This document shows positions 1-9,149 of a stretch of DNA of 64,000 bases, in pieces (the stretch's first letter is position 1; every line of letters begins with the position of its first letter). A program made the position numbers and the translations under genes. The stretch covers positions 25,981 to 89,980 of the forward strand of contig DBHR01000116.1 of assembly GCA_002296225.1 (NCBI GenBank). The letters are read 5' to 3'. The notes beneath the pieces were generated by a model that saw only the letters and a program-made list of their open reading frames with translations, was not told the DNA's origin and ran no database searches. Source of the stretch: Acidobacteria bacterium UBA823 (GTDB taxonomy: Bacteria; Acidobacteriota; Vicinamibacteria; Vicinamibacterales; UBA823).

Positions 1-928
1 GACAGCCTGGCACGTTCTGATGGAGCATCTCGTACCCCGAAGCCTCGGTGTCGAATTCGCACATCCGCGGGAAGTGTTTCCGGCCTTTGCTCAGGTGCGG
101 GGACACAACATGGCCAAGGCTGCTCTAGAAATGGCTGCCTGGGACCTCTATGCGCGCCAGTCGGGCGTGCCGTTGAGCCAGGTGCTCGGTGGCTGCCGGA
201 CGACCATTGCTTCGGGAGTTTCGGTGGGGATACAAGATTCGCTCGAACAACTCGGCGACAAGATCGCAGCCGAACTAGCGGCTGGATACCAGCGTATCAA
301 GGTGAAAATTAAGCCGGGCTGGGACATTGAGGTTGTCCAATCGGTCCGGAAGCGGTTCGGCGACATCCCGCTGATGGTCGATGCAAACGGGGCCTACACA
401 CTGGTGGATGCCGAGCACTTGGCCCAGTTAGACCAGTTCAATCTGATGATGATTGAGCAGCCGTTGGACTACGACGATGTGCACGACCATGCCAAATTGC
501 AGCAACGTCTTCGCACCCCGATCTGCCTCGATGAATCGATTCACACGCTGCACAGGGCCGCCGAAGCACTCGCTGTAACTGCGTGCCGCATCATCAACAT
601 CAAGCCTGGTCGCATTGGGGGACACGCGCAGTCGATCCACCTTCACAACATGTGTGCCGAGCGTAAGATCCCCGTATGGCATGGTGGGATGCTCGAGAGC
701 GGCATCGGCCGGACGCACAATATCCATCTCTCGACGCTGCCGAATTTCACGCTGCCAGGCGACGTGGCGGCTAGCCGACGTTATTTCGAGCCCGATCTCA
801 TCGATCCCCCTGTTGAATTACAGGCCGACGGGACCATCGCCGTGCCCGCGTTGCCAGGCTTGGGAGTGTCGGTGGCCGAGGACCGTGTCGAACGTGCGAC
901 TCAGCGCGCGGTAACGCTGGTTGCTTGA
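1..928 (+). CDS. Enolase-superfamily enzyme of the o-succinylbenzoate synthase / N-acylamino-acid racemase (MenC/MLE) group. It is 5'-truncated by the window edge.
   Basis: Catalytic signature is visible in order: KVKIKPG (KxK), MVDANGAY (Asp), IEQPL (Glu), LDES (Asp), INIKPGR (Lys). The N-terminal capping domain is missing, so the gene starts upstream of position 1. Confidence 0.8.
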   Translation, partial: TAWHVLMEHLVPRSLGVEFAHPREVFPAFAQVRGHNMAKAALEMAAWDLYARQSGVPLSQVLGGCRTTIASGVSVGIQDSLEQLGDKIAAELAAGYQRIKVKIKPGWDIEVVQSVRKRFGDIPLMVDANGAYTLVDAEHLAQLDQFNLMMIEQPLDYDDVHDHAKLQQRLRTPICLDESIHTLHRAAEALAVTACRIINIKPGRIGGHAQSIHLHNMCAERKIPVWHGGMLESGIGRTHNIHLSTLPNFTLPGDVAASRRYFEPDLIDPPVELQADGTIAVPALPGLGVSVAEDRVERATQRAVTLVA

Positions 929-930
929 GC

Positions 931-3087
931 ATGAGCCTGACCTGGGACGAAACGCGCGGGTTGCTCGCAACGCGCGCAGCTCGACAGAGACTTCGCTTGA
1001 CCGGCACAGTCGCAGCGCTGGTATTGCTGGCGGCTGGTTGCGCGACAGTGCCGCCCGACGTAGCACCGGCACTGACGGTTCGACAGAAGCTCGCTGTCAT
1101 TATTCAACTGGAACATCAGCGAGCGATCGCGCCGCTTGACGCTGCGGTCGTACCGCTACCCACTTTGATTCCCGGCAGGCCGCTTCCACCGACGCCTAGT
1201 TTGCTCGAGTTCCTGCACGATCCCGTGGCCAGAGTCCGGCGGCGATCGGCAATTGCTCTCGGGCGCGTCGGATTACCAGACGCGATAGCGCCGCTCACTG
1301 TGTCCCTCGTCGATTCTAATCCCGCCGTGCGCCAGATGGCCGCGTTTGCTTTGGGTTTGATTGGGGAGCCGAAGACCGGTGATGCGCTCGTCACCGCGCT
1401 AGGTGATCCAGATCCACTGGTGCGCGGCCGTGCAGCGGAAGCGTTGAGTCGACTCGGGGCGCGCGACTCGGCGTCAGCCGTGGGACAGATGGTTGCAGAA
1501 CTAGTTCCCATCGCTGCTCAAGTCGCGCCCGACGACATGACGTATCCCCAGTCGGCGTCTGTCGAAGCCTTCCGGCTTGGTGTTGTTGCGTTGGCCCGGC
1601 TCGGGGCGTATGAGCCGTTCGCTGCTGCGGTGCTCAACGCCGACAATCTTCCAACAGTTCGATGGTGGCCGGTTCCGTGGGCACTTCAGGAACTCGCTGA
1701 CCCGCGAGGGGCCGCGGCGTTAGCGGACTTAATTAAAGGCTCGGGCAGCTACAGGATTGCCTTCGCTGCACGAGGCTTGGGCCTTCTCGGCGAGCCCGCA
1801 GCAGTCGAATTACTGGTCCCACTCCTCAATCCTAGCCGGTACGACTCCCAGGTGATCGTGTCGGCGATTCGGTCATTGGCTGACCTGGCTAGTCAAAGCG
1901 CTCTTACGGCGTTGAACCAGTTACTACGGACCCCCAACCTCGATCCCACTGTTCTTCTTGAGGTCGTGAGAGCCCTCGGCAGAATCGGTGGCGACGAGTC
2001 GACGGACCTGTTCTTGGATTTGCTGTCACACCCGTGGCCGACGTTCAGAGTAGAGGCGCTTCGGGGGCTGGCTGGCCTCGGTGCACAGACGTTTTTCCTG
2101 GCGCTGTCGGGATTGGACGGAGACCCGCACTGGAGCGTCCGCGCGACGGTCGCGGAACTCCTTGGGTCGATGAACCCCGATCTAGCCGCTCCGCGTCTTG
2201 AGGCGATGCTAGACGATCCCGATAGGCGCGTGCTGCCGGTCGTGCTCGGTGCTCTGCGGGCGCCGGGAGGCGCCGAGGTCGCACTCCAGTATCTGGAAAG
2301 TGGTGACTTTGTGACGCGAATGGCGGCGGCTCGCCAGGTTGGGCTACTCAAACCGGCCCATGGTGCCGCAGCGCTGATGCGAGCCTACGAAAGAAGTCAA
2401 GGTGGGCAAGCGGTCGCGTTGCGACGCGCCGTTGTTGAGGCGATCGTTGGTTATGGAGGCGATGAAGCCGCAGAAGTGCTGCGAGAGGCCCTGACTGACC
2501 CGGATTGGGCCGTGCGTGCTCACGCGGCGCAATTGCTAGATGCTGATGAACCCGACGCGCGATACGCACACCGGATTCGTCCGCTACCGGGACCAGCGTT
2601 CGAGTATGCGTTGACGCTGGCCGACCCTAAGGTGTCTCCGCAGGTCTATCTTGATACAGATGCCGGGACGATTCAGATCGAGTTGTCGGTGCTCGATGCT
2701 CCACTATCGACCAGTCGCTTCGCGGAACTGGCGGCAAATGGGTATTTCCACGGCGTACCGTTTCATGAGGTTGTACCGAATGGCCTGGTACGAGGTGGAG
2801 ACCCACAGGGCAACGGTTTCGGAGGCTCCGGTAGCACGGTACTGGACGAGGTGAGCGAGCGGCCGATTCTTCGAGGTACCGTAGGGGTCACGCTGCAGGG
2901 GGACAAACCAGAAACCGGGGAGGGTCAGTTCTTCATCGCCCTCACACCCCAGCCTGACCTCGACGGGCTCTACACGGTTATTGGTCGTGTCGTGGACGGA
3001 ATGGCGGTCGTCGACGGCCTCAATCAGTGGGACGTGATTAGACGCACCCGCGTTTGGAATGGGATCTCAATGACCGGCCGAGAGTGA
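931..3087 (+). CDS. Lipoprotein with HEAT-like repeats fused to a C-terminal cyclophilin-type peptidyl-prolyl isomerase domain
   Basis: Lipobox LLAAGC follows a charged N-region. DPxxxVRxxAAxALG-type repeats recur through about 550 aa. The C-terminus (GYFHGVPFHEVV...GDPQGNGFGG...GQFFI) is cyclophilin-like. ATG at 931 is preferred over TTG at 925. Confidence 0.8.
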   Translation: MSLTWDETRGLLATRAARQRLRLTGTVAALVLLAAGCATVPPDVAPALTVRQKLAVIIQLEHQRAIAPLDAAVVPLPTLIPGRPLPPTPSLLEFLHDPVARVRRRSAIALGRVGLPDAIAPLTVSLVDSNPAVRQMAAFALGLIGEPKTGDALVTALGDPDPLVRGRAAEALSRLGARDSASAVGQMVAELVPIAAQVAPDDMTYPQSASVEAFRLGVVALARLGAYEPFAAAVLNADNLPTVRWWPVPWALQELADPRGAAALADLIKGSGSYRIAFAARGLGLLGEPAAVELLVPLLNPSRYDSQVIVSAIRSLADLASQSALTALNQLLRTPNLDPTVLLEVVRALGRIGGDESTDLFLDLLSHPWPTFRVEALRGLAGLGAQTFFLALSGLDGDPHWSVRATVAELLGSMNPDLAAPRLEAMLDDPDRRVLPVVLGALRAPGGAEVALQYLESGDFVTRMAAARQVGLLKPAHGAAALMRAYERSQGGQAVALRRAVVEAIVGYGGDEAAEVLREALTDPDWAVRAHAAQLLDADEPDARYAHRIRPLPGPAFEYALTLADPKVSPQVYLDTDAGTIQIELSVLDAPLSTSRFAELAANGYFHGVPFHEVVPNGLVRGGDPQGNGFGGSGSTVLDEVSERPILRGTVGVTLQGDKPETGEGQFFIALTPQPDLDGLYTVIGRVVDGMAVVDGLNQWDVIRRTRVWNGISMTGRE

Positions 3088-3110
3088 CTACGAGATTGCC
3101 AGGGTACGTG

Positions 3111-3139
3111 AAAAAGGGGGCGACGGTCGCCCCCTTTTT
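3111..3139. terminator. Bidirectional rho-independent terminator shared by the PPIase-fusion gene (+) and mini-gene 1 (-)
   Basis: AAAAA-GGGGGCGAC-G-GTCGCCCCC-TTTTT: a GC stem flanked by an A-run and a T-run. Confidence 0.8.
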
Positions 3140-3156
3140 CGTGACGGGCGAAGGCC

Positions 3157-3219
3157 TTAGCGCTTCTTGCCGCCCTTCTTCGCTGCCTTCTTCTTCTTCT
3201 TGACTTTTCTCTTCGCCAT
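3157..3219 (-). CDS. 20-aa polycationic mini-protein MAKRKVKKKKKAAKKGGKKR (copy 1)
   Basis: ATG start, TAA stop, and a GGGGGGA SD-like run 9 nt upstream. The terminator at 3111-3139 lies downstream. It is an in-frame paralog of the ORF at 3411-3476. Confidence 0.6.
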   Translation of the reverse strand: MAKRKVKKKKKAAKKGGKKR

Positions 3220-3355
3220 TTGCGCGTATCCCCCCCTTCATCCGGAGATTTCGACGTGTGAGAACGCCCACTGCACGATTGGAAACCGGCGTACACACGA
3301 TAGCGCCCAACGTTCTATTTTCTGACCACCGGCAACCATCGCCGCTGGCCGCACA

Positions 3356-3391
3356 CAAAAATTTGGGGGTGTCGATGTTACTGACACCCCC
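3356..3391 (-). terminator. Hairpin terminator downstream of mini-gene 2
   Basis: On the minus strand: GGGGGTGTC-(9 nt loop)-GACACCCCC followed by AAATTTTTG. Confidence 0.6.
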
Positions 3392-3410
3392 GTACTAATT
3401 GGCGACGGCC

Positions 3411-3476
3411 TTAGCGCTTCTTGCCGCCCTTTTTCTTTGCGGCCTTCTTCTTCTTCTTGGCTTTTCTCTTCGCCAT
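3411..3476 (-). CDS. 21-aa polycationic mini-protein MAKRKAKKKKKAAKKKGGKKR (copy 2)
   Basis: ATG start, TAA stop, AAGGAG 8 nt upstream, a consensus-like promoter upstream and a hairpin terminator downstream. Confidence 0.65.
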   Translation of the reverse strand: MAKRKAKKKKKAAKKKGGKKR

Positions 3477-3573
3477 TCAGTCTGCTCCTTAGAGTTTGGT
3501 TGCTCAGCTAGGTAACCGACACTGAGGTGTCACAACAGGTAGACTGAGCACCCCCACGTCATACAACATGTAG

Positions 3574-3601
3574 ATTATGGATTAGAAAAACTGAGTGTCA
3601 A
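3574..3601 (-). promoter_or_regulatory. Sigma70-like promoter for mini-gene 2
   Basis: On the minus strand: TTGACA (3601-3596), 16-nt spacer, CATAAT (3579-3574). A second TTGACA and an A/T-rich tract lie just upstream. Confidence 0.55.
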
Positions 3602-3756
3602 GCACAAAGTGCACAGAATGTCAAAAAAATCGAATTGAGTGACGACGCTCCCATGATGATGTTTCGGTCGGTTTCTTACACGACTGTAGAGCGGTGGCGA
3701 TGCCGACGCCGACTCGGTTCACTCACAGTTGCATGCTCGCGTCACGTGACGAACCA

Positions 3757-4872
3757 TTACGGAACACTCGTGCGAAATCGTTTCTTGTCGGCATGCCGAT
3801 CTAAAGCGAACTGTATGAGTTCATCCAATAGGTCGGTATACGCCAAACCGCTTGCCTCCCACAGTTTGGCATACATACTGATCGTTGTGAATCCCGGGAT
3901 CGTGTTCACTTCGCTAACGAACAACCTCTTTGTTTCGGGATTCAAGAGAAAGTCGACCCTGGCCATCCCGCAGCCGTCGATCGCCCTAAACGCAGCTTCG
4001 GCAAGCGAGCGTACCTCCTTGGCTTGCTCGGCATCGATTGGGGCTGGAATGCGTATTACCGAGCCTGCGTTGAGATACTTCGCACTGTAATCGTAGAACT
4101 CTCGCGACGGTACCACCTCGCCTGGCACCGAAGTCTTGAGTTGGTTGTTGCCGAGGACAGCGCACTCGATTTCCCGGGCGTTCGGAACGGCCGCCTCCAC
4201 GACGACCTTTCGATCGAACTCTGCGGCATAGGTGATGGCTGCATCCAAGTCGTCTACGGCCTTGACCTTTGAGATACCAACGCTCGACCCGAGATTTGCT
4301 GGCTTGACGAACACCGGAAACCCCAACTTTAAGGCGATCCTTTGACGGATCACGTCGGGCTCATTTTCCCAGGCGGTTCGCCGCACGACCAGGTAGTCGA
4401 CCTGTGGTAGCTCGTTCGCCGCGAACAGTAGTTTCATTACGGCTTTGTCCATACCGACCGCAGAAGCTAGGACCCCCGCTCCGACGTAGGGTAAGTCGGC
4501 CAATTCAAGGAGACCCTGCACCGTGCCGTCCTCACCATACGGACCGTGCAGCAACGGGAAGACCACGTCGAGTTCGAGACCTTGCACCATCGCGCTCGGT
4601 TCGTCCAGCCTCCGTGGGGTGGTCGTTTCAGCCGAGCAGTTCGATGCAGGCTTGGCCGCCTCGAGGCGAGCGTGTTGGATGACATCTGAGGCTTCAACGA
4701 TCGTCGGCGGACGAGCGGGGAGACTCCAGCGTCCGTCCTTGCCGACGAAAATGGGAACCGGGTCGTAGCGGCTCGAATTCAGATGGTGGATGACGGAGGC
4801 CGCTGATGCCAGCGAAACTTCGTGTTCGCCAGAGCACCCACCGTACAGTACGCCGATCCGCAACCGTGCCAC
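3757..4872 (-). CDS. ddl: D-alanine--D-alanine ligase
   Basis: N-terminus RIGVLYGGCSGEHEVSLASA. ATP-grasp segment FPVFVKPANLGSSVGISKV. Length is typical at 371 aa. Confidence 0.93.
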   Translation of the reverse strand: MARLRIGVLYGGCSGEHEVSLASAASVIHHLNSSRYDPVPIFVGKDGRWSLPARPPTIVEASDVIQHARLEAAKPASNCSAETTTPRRLDEPSAMVQGLELDVVFPLLHGPYGEDGTVQGLLELADLPYVGAGVLASAVGMDKAVMKLLFAANELPQVDYLVVRRTAWENEPDVIRQRIALKLGFPVFVKPANLGSSVGISKVKAVDDLDAAITYAAEFDRKVVVEAAVPNAREIECAVLGNNQLKTSVPGEVVPSREFYDYSAKYLNAGSVIRIPAPIDAEQAKEVRSLAEAAFRAIDGCGMARVDFLLNPETKRLFVSEVNTIPGFTTISMYAKLWEASGLAYTDLLDELIQFALDRHADKKRFRTSVP

Positions 4873-4942
4873 CGGTTTATAGCCTCTTGATAAACGGACA
4901 GAGTCGCCTGCTGTGTCAAAAAACTCGCATAGTATACGCCTA

Positions 4943-6112
4943 ATGGCGGGCGTCTTCGACTTTCAGGTTATCGCGCGTGAAGGCAATGCGCGCTGCGGCA
5001 CGCTATCGACACCACACGGCACCGTACAAACGCCGGCGTTCATGCCGGTAGGCACCCGTGGTGCGGTCAAGGCGATAATGCATCGGGATCTGATCGACTT
5101 GGGTGCGCAGATCATCTTGGCCAACACCTATCACCTGCACCTTCGACCTGGCACCGAGCTTATCGAACGGCTCGGCGGCCTGCACCGCTTCATCAGCTGG
5201 GATCGACCGATCCTAACCGATAGCGGTGGCTATCAGGTCTTCAGCCTCGCTACGCGGCGAACTGTTGAGGAGCAGGGCGTGCGTTTCAGGTCACATCTGG
5301 ACGGCGAGGAGCACCTACTCACGCCAGAGGGGGCGACCGAGATCCAGTGGTCCCTCGGGTCGGACGTCGCGATGGTCTTTGACGAGTGTGTCCCCTATCC
5401 CTGCGACGCGTCGGACGTGCGTCGTGCGATGGAACGGACGCTCCGGTGGGCGGAGCGCGCCCGGTTGCGATTCAAGGCCTTGCGTGAGACCGGAGTCGGC
5501 ACTAATCCCGGTCAGGTGCAGTTCGGAATTGTGCAAGGTGGTGTTCATCGAAACCTTCGAGCCATCAGTGAACGCCAAACGGTCGCGCTTGGCTTCGACG
5601 CTTATGCTATCGGTGGGCTCAGTGTCGGTGAGCCTGTGCCGGTCATGTACGACGTTGTGGCCGAGACGGCGCCGCGCCTTCCCGCCGAGTGTCCACGATA
5701 TCTGATGGGGGCCGGGACCCCAGTCGATCTTGTCGAGGCCGTGTTGCGCGGCATCGATTTATTCGATTGTGTACTGCCGACACGCAACGGTAGAAACGGA
5801 CAGCTATTCACGTCCGAAGGGCGTCTGAATATCAAACAAGCTAGGTTTGCGGACGACTCGAGGCCGCTCGACGAGCGATGCGAATGTTACACGTGCCAAC
5901 GCCACTCCAGGGCCTATCTGAGACATCTCTACCTTACAGACAAAATGTCCGCGGCAACCCTTAACACGTTGCATAACCTCAACTTTTACCTTGACACGAT
6001 GCGACGGATTAGGGAGTGTATTAAATTCGGCACGTTGGAAGCACTCAGACAGGAATTCCACCTGCTCGACTCTCGCCCACACCAGGCTCGCGCCAGTTCG
6101 GACGCAGAGTGA
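4943..6112 (+). CDS. tgt: Queuine tRNA-ribosyltransferase (tRNA-guanine transglycosylase)
   Basis: TPAFMPVGT, LTDSGGYQVFSL, and the zinc motif CECYTCQRHSRAYLRHL. ATG at 4943 fits the family N-terminus better than GTG at 4913. Confidence 0.93.
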   Translation: MAGVFDFQVIAREGNARCGTLSTPHGTVQTPAFMPVGTRGAVKAIMHRDLIDLGAQIILANTYHLHLRPGTELIERLGGLHRFISWDRPILTDSGGYQVFSLATRRTVEEQGVRFRSHLDGEEHLLTPEGATEIQWSLGSDVAMVFDECVPYPCDASDVRRAMERTLRWAERARLRFKALRETGVGTNPGQVQFGIVQGGVHRNLRAISERQTVALGFDAYAIGGLSVGEPVPVMYDVVAETAPRLPAECPRYLMGAGTPVDLVEAVLRGIDLFDCVLPTRNGRNGQLFTSEGRLNIKQARFADDSRPLDERCECYTCQRHSRAYLRHLYLTDKMSAATLNTLHNLNFYLDTMRRIRECIKFGTLEALRQEFHLLDSRPHQARASSDAE

Positions 6113-6172
6113 AAGGCTCGTGCCGGCCAGGCAGATGAAGGCGACGATTCCGATTGCTACGGGTGACTCACG

Positions 6173-6532
6173 ATGATGTTTTCGATGTTCACGAGTATTC
6201 CATTACTCATGGCGATGGCTACACCGACCGATGCAGGTGGCAGCGTGTGGGTGCAGTTCGTGCCGTTCGCCATGATCTTGGCGATCTTTTATTTTGTGAT
6301 CTTGTTGCCGATGAAGCGGCGGCAAAAGAAGGTGAAGGATTTTCAGGCGGCGCTCAAGGTGGACGATCGCGTCATCATGACTAGCGGGTTGTACGGCGTT
6401 ATTACGAAGCTGAATGATGAGCGCTCGGTGCAGCTTCAGATCGCTGAGAAAGTCAGGGTTGACGTCGCCCGCGCGTCTATCGGCGGTTATCAGGGGCAGG
6501 ACCCGGTGGTCACGGATTCGGCTCAGAGCTGA
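6173..6532 (+). CDS. yajC: Preprotein translocase subunit YajC
   Basis: A single TM segment followed by LLPMKRRQKK and DRVIMTSGLYGVITKL. It lies directly upstream of secD-secF. Confidence 0.88.
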   Translation: MMFSMFTSIPLLMAMATPTDAGGSVWVQFVPFAMILAIFYFVILLPMKRRQKKVKDFQAALKVDDRVIMTSGLYGVITKLNDERSVQLQIAEKVRVDVARASIGGYQGQDPVVTDSAQS

Positions 6533-6573
6533 GTCGTGGTGGTTCGCGCTGTGGGGCGGTTCTAGACAGTGCC

Positions 6574-8142
6574 ATGAAGATTAAACTTCGTTGGAAGCTG
6601 CTTTTGATACTCGGCATCGTCGGGCTGGCTGGGTGGTCCGTCTACCCTCCGAGCGAGAAGGTGCGCCTCGGGCTCGACTTGAAGGGCGGCGTTCACATGG
6701 TGCTCCGCGTGCAGACCGACGACGCGCTGCGGATCGAGACCGAGACGAGCATGGAGCGGGTGCGCGAGGTTCTGGAGGTAAGAAACATCACGGTTGGCAC
6801 GATCGCGGTTGACACACCTACGCGCTTTCGAATCGAGGGCGTCCTGCCAACGGAAGATGCCGAGTTTCGGGCGATCACTGACGAGCAGCTGGAGGTCGTC
6901 TTTCGTCGGGAGTCGGGCGCTGGTGGCCGATACGCGTTCGAGATGAGGCCCAACATGGCTGTGTCGTTGCGCGACGAGTCGGTTCGGCAGGCGCTGCAGA
7001 CCATAGAGCGACGCGTGAACGAACTTGGGGTGGCCGAACCCATCGTTGCGCCGCATGGTGTTGGCGGTGACCAGATTCTAGTCCAACTGCCCGGTGTGAC
7101 GGACGTAGCGCGAGCCAAGGAGATCATCCGTTCCACGGCTCTTCTTGAGCTGAAGCTTGTCGAGCAGGGCCCAGCGATATCGCAAGAACTATTATTGCAG
7201 GCCAACGGCGGGCGGGTACCGGACGGGATGGAGGTTGTGTCGGGCACTGACGACACGCTGAGCCCGGGTGCGGCGCCCCAGCCGGTCTTTTATCTCGTGC
7301 GCCGCGTAGCAGCGATCACTGGGAGGGATTTGCGAACCGCACGTCAGACGCTCGACGAGTACAACCAGCCAGCGGTAAGCTTTTTGCTGAACGGCGAGGG
7401 CGCCCGAAAGTTCGGCGACATCACCGGTCAGAACGTTGGCCGTCAGCTCGCGATCATTCTTGACGGCCGGGTTTATTCCGCGCCGCGTATTGAGTCTCGG
7501 ATCACGGACGAGGGGCGCATCACCGGCTCCTTCGATCAGCAGGAGGCTGGGGACTTGGGGCTCGTGCTCCGTTCGGGCGCGCTACCGGCGTCCTTGACGT
7601 ATTTAGAAGAACGCACGGTTGGCCCGACACTTGGTGCGGACTCCGTGCGGGCCGGCGTTCTCGCGGCGCTGACGGGACTCGTGCTTGTGGCGTTCTTTAT
7701 GCTCATCTACTACAAGCTTGCGGGCATCAACGCAATCTTATCGGTGGCGCTCAACCTGTTGATTTTGCTAGGTGTTATGGCATATCTCGGCGCGACGATG
7801 ACCCTGCCCGGTATCGCTGGGTTCATCTTGACGATCGGCATGGGTATCGATTCAAACGTACTCATCTTCGAACGGATCAAGGAGGAACTGGCGACGGCGA
7901 AGAGCGTTAGGCTGGCGGTGGCCGCCGGATTCGACCGAGTGTTCCTGACGATTCTCGACACGCACGTGGCATCGCTCATCGCTGCGGCGTTCTTGTTCCA
8001 ATTCGGCACCGGCCCGATCCGCGGGTTTGCCACCACGCTCTTCTTCGGGCTGCTTTCCAACGTCTTCACGGCGGTGTTCGTTTCGCGGACGCTGTTCGAG
8101 ACGATTCTTGGTCGGCGCCAGGTGGCCAGACTCAGTATCTGA
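6574..8142 (+). CDS. secD: Protein translocase subunit SecD
   Basis: GLDLKGG motif, a periplasmic domain, then a 6-TM C-terminal half. It is followed by secF. Confidence 0.93.
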   Translation: MKIKLRWKLLLILGIVGLAGWSVYPPSEKVRLGLDLKGGVHMVLRVQTDDALRIETETSMERVREVLEVRNITVGTIAVDTPTRFRIEGVLPTEDAEFRAITDEQLEVVFRRESGAGGRYAFEMRPNMAVSLRDESVRQALQTIERRVNELGVAEPIVAPHGVGGDQILVQLPGVTDVARAKEIIRSTALLELKLVEQGPAISQELLLQANGGRVPDGMEVVSGTDDTLSPGAAPQPVFYLVRRVAAITGRDLRTARQTLDEYNQPAVSFLLNGEGARKFGDITGQNVGRQLAIILDGRVYSAPRIESRITDEGRITGSFDQQEAGDLGLVLRSGALPASLTYLEERTVGPTLGADSVRAGVLAALTGLVLVAFFMLIYYKLAGINAILSVALNLLILLGVMAYLGATMTLPGIAGFILTIGMGIDSNVLIFERIKEELATAKSVRLAVAAGFDRVFLTILDTHVASLIAAAFLFQFGTGPIRGFATTLFFGLLSNVFTAVFVSRTLFETILGRRQVARLSI

Positions 8143-8145
8143 CGC

Positions 8146-9132
8146 ATGCAGATTTTCAAGACACCGAACATCAATTTTTTCCGTTGGCGCGGGCCGGCGC
8201 TCGGGGTGTCGACCCTTGTCATCCTCGTCGGGGTGTACACGGTGTGGTCGGGCGGCGGCTTGCCGCTCGGCATCGATTTCTCGGGTGGAACAGCTGTCGT
8301 TGTGCGCTTCGCGGAGCCGACACCTGAGGAGGCCGTCCGAACCGCGCTCGTCGATGTCCCAGGCGAGAAGGTTGTGCAGCAGTACGGCGACCCAACTGCG
8401 AACGAAGTGCTCATCCGGCTCCCACAGATCGCCGAAGAAACAGGGGCCAGTCTAGAGCAGGGGTCCAACGCGGTCGTCGAGGCGATTTCGGCAGCCGGGT
8501 TGGGCGAGTTCGAGGTGCAGAGCACCGACATTGTGGGCCCTGTGATCGGTCGAGAACTTCAGCAGAAGGGTATCTACGCCACGCTGGCTGCGTTGACCGG
8601 GATCCTGATCTACATCGGTGTGCGGTTTCGATTCAGCTTCGCCGTTGGCGCGATCGCCGCCGTGTTTCACGACATCCTCGTGACGCTGACCTTTCTGATC
8701 TTTTTCGGCTATGAGCTCTCACTGAACATCGTGGCGGCTATCTTGACGATCACCGGCTACTCGGTCAACGACACGATCGTCATCTTCGACCGGGTGCGTG
8801 AAAACCTACGAAAAATGCGCCGCGACGAGCTCGAACTCGTCGTCAACACAAGCGTGAACCAAACGCTGGCCAGGACGATCATCACCTCGGGCACGACATC
8901 GCTGGCCGTCCTAGCGCTGTTTATCTATGGTGGGGAAGTGCTGCACGGGTTTGCTTTCACAATGCTGGTCGGCATTCTCAGCGGCACATATTCCACGGTG
9001 TTCATCGCGGCAGCCGCTGCCGTGTTCATAAGCGAACGCCGCGCTGCCAGGCGGGCTTCTGGCGTGCCGAGCGTTCCAGTCGGGCGGGGCAAGCAATCCC
9101 GGCGGCGGAAGGTGAAAGCTCGGGCCTCGTGA
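8146..9132 (+). CDS. secF: Protein translocase subunit SecF
   Basis: GIDFSGGT motif and a SecD/F-type TM bundle. It starts 3 nt after the secD stop. Confidence 0.93.
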   Translation: MQIFKTPNINFFRWRGPALGVSTLVILVGVYTVWSGGGLPLGIDFSGGTAVVVRFAEPTPEEAVRTALVDVPGEKVVQQYGDPTANEVLIRLPQIAEETGASLEQGSNAVVEAISAAGLGEFEVQSTDIVGPVIGRELQQKGIYATLAALTGILIYIGVRFRFSFAVGAIAAVFHDILVTLTFLIFFGYELSLNIVAAILTITGYSVNDTIVIFDRVRENLRKMRRDELELVVNTSVNQTLARTIITSGTTSLAVLALFIYGGEVLHGFAFTMLVGILSGTYSTVFIAAAAAVFISERRAARRASGVPSVPVGRGKQSRRRKVKARAS

Positions 9133-9149
9133 TCCGTTGAGTCGATCAC

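Noticed and set aside
3024-3358. 90-aa and 106-aa minus-strand ORFs covering the mini-gene region
   Set aside because: They read the Lys-codon repeats in other frames (giving Glu/Arg-rich strings). They run through the bidirectional terminator into the PPIase gene and lack start context. The 20/21-codon frames with ATG plus SD explain the sequence better.
3740-3751. Perfect 12-nt palindrome CGTCACGTGACG, 6 nt after the ddl stop
   Set aside because: It is too short for a stable terminator hairpin (no loop, no T-run). It is a single occurrence, so it is not distinguishable from chance.
7710-8531. 273-aa minus-strand ORF. Similar long antisense ORFs occur at 6693-7256, 9185-9760, 12147-12908, 15253-15747, 41287-41904, 43171-43641 and 52397-52942.
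   Set aside because: Each lies antisense to a gene with strong family motifs (secD/secF, uppP, hppA, exbD, the Fe-S carrier, PHP, addA). Each has the Ser/Arg/Pro/Ala-rich low-complexity composition typical of stop-free antisense frames in GC-rich DNA.
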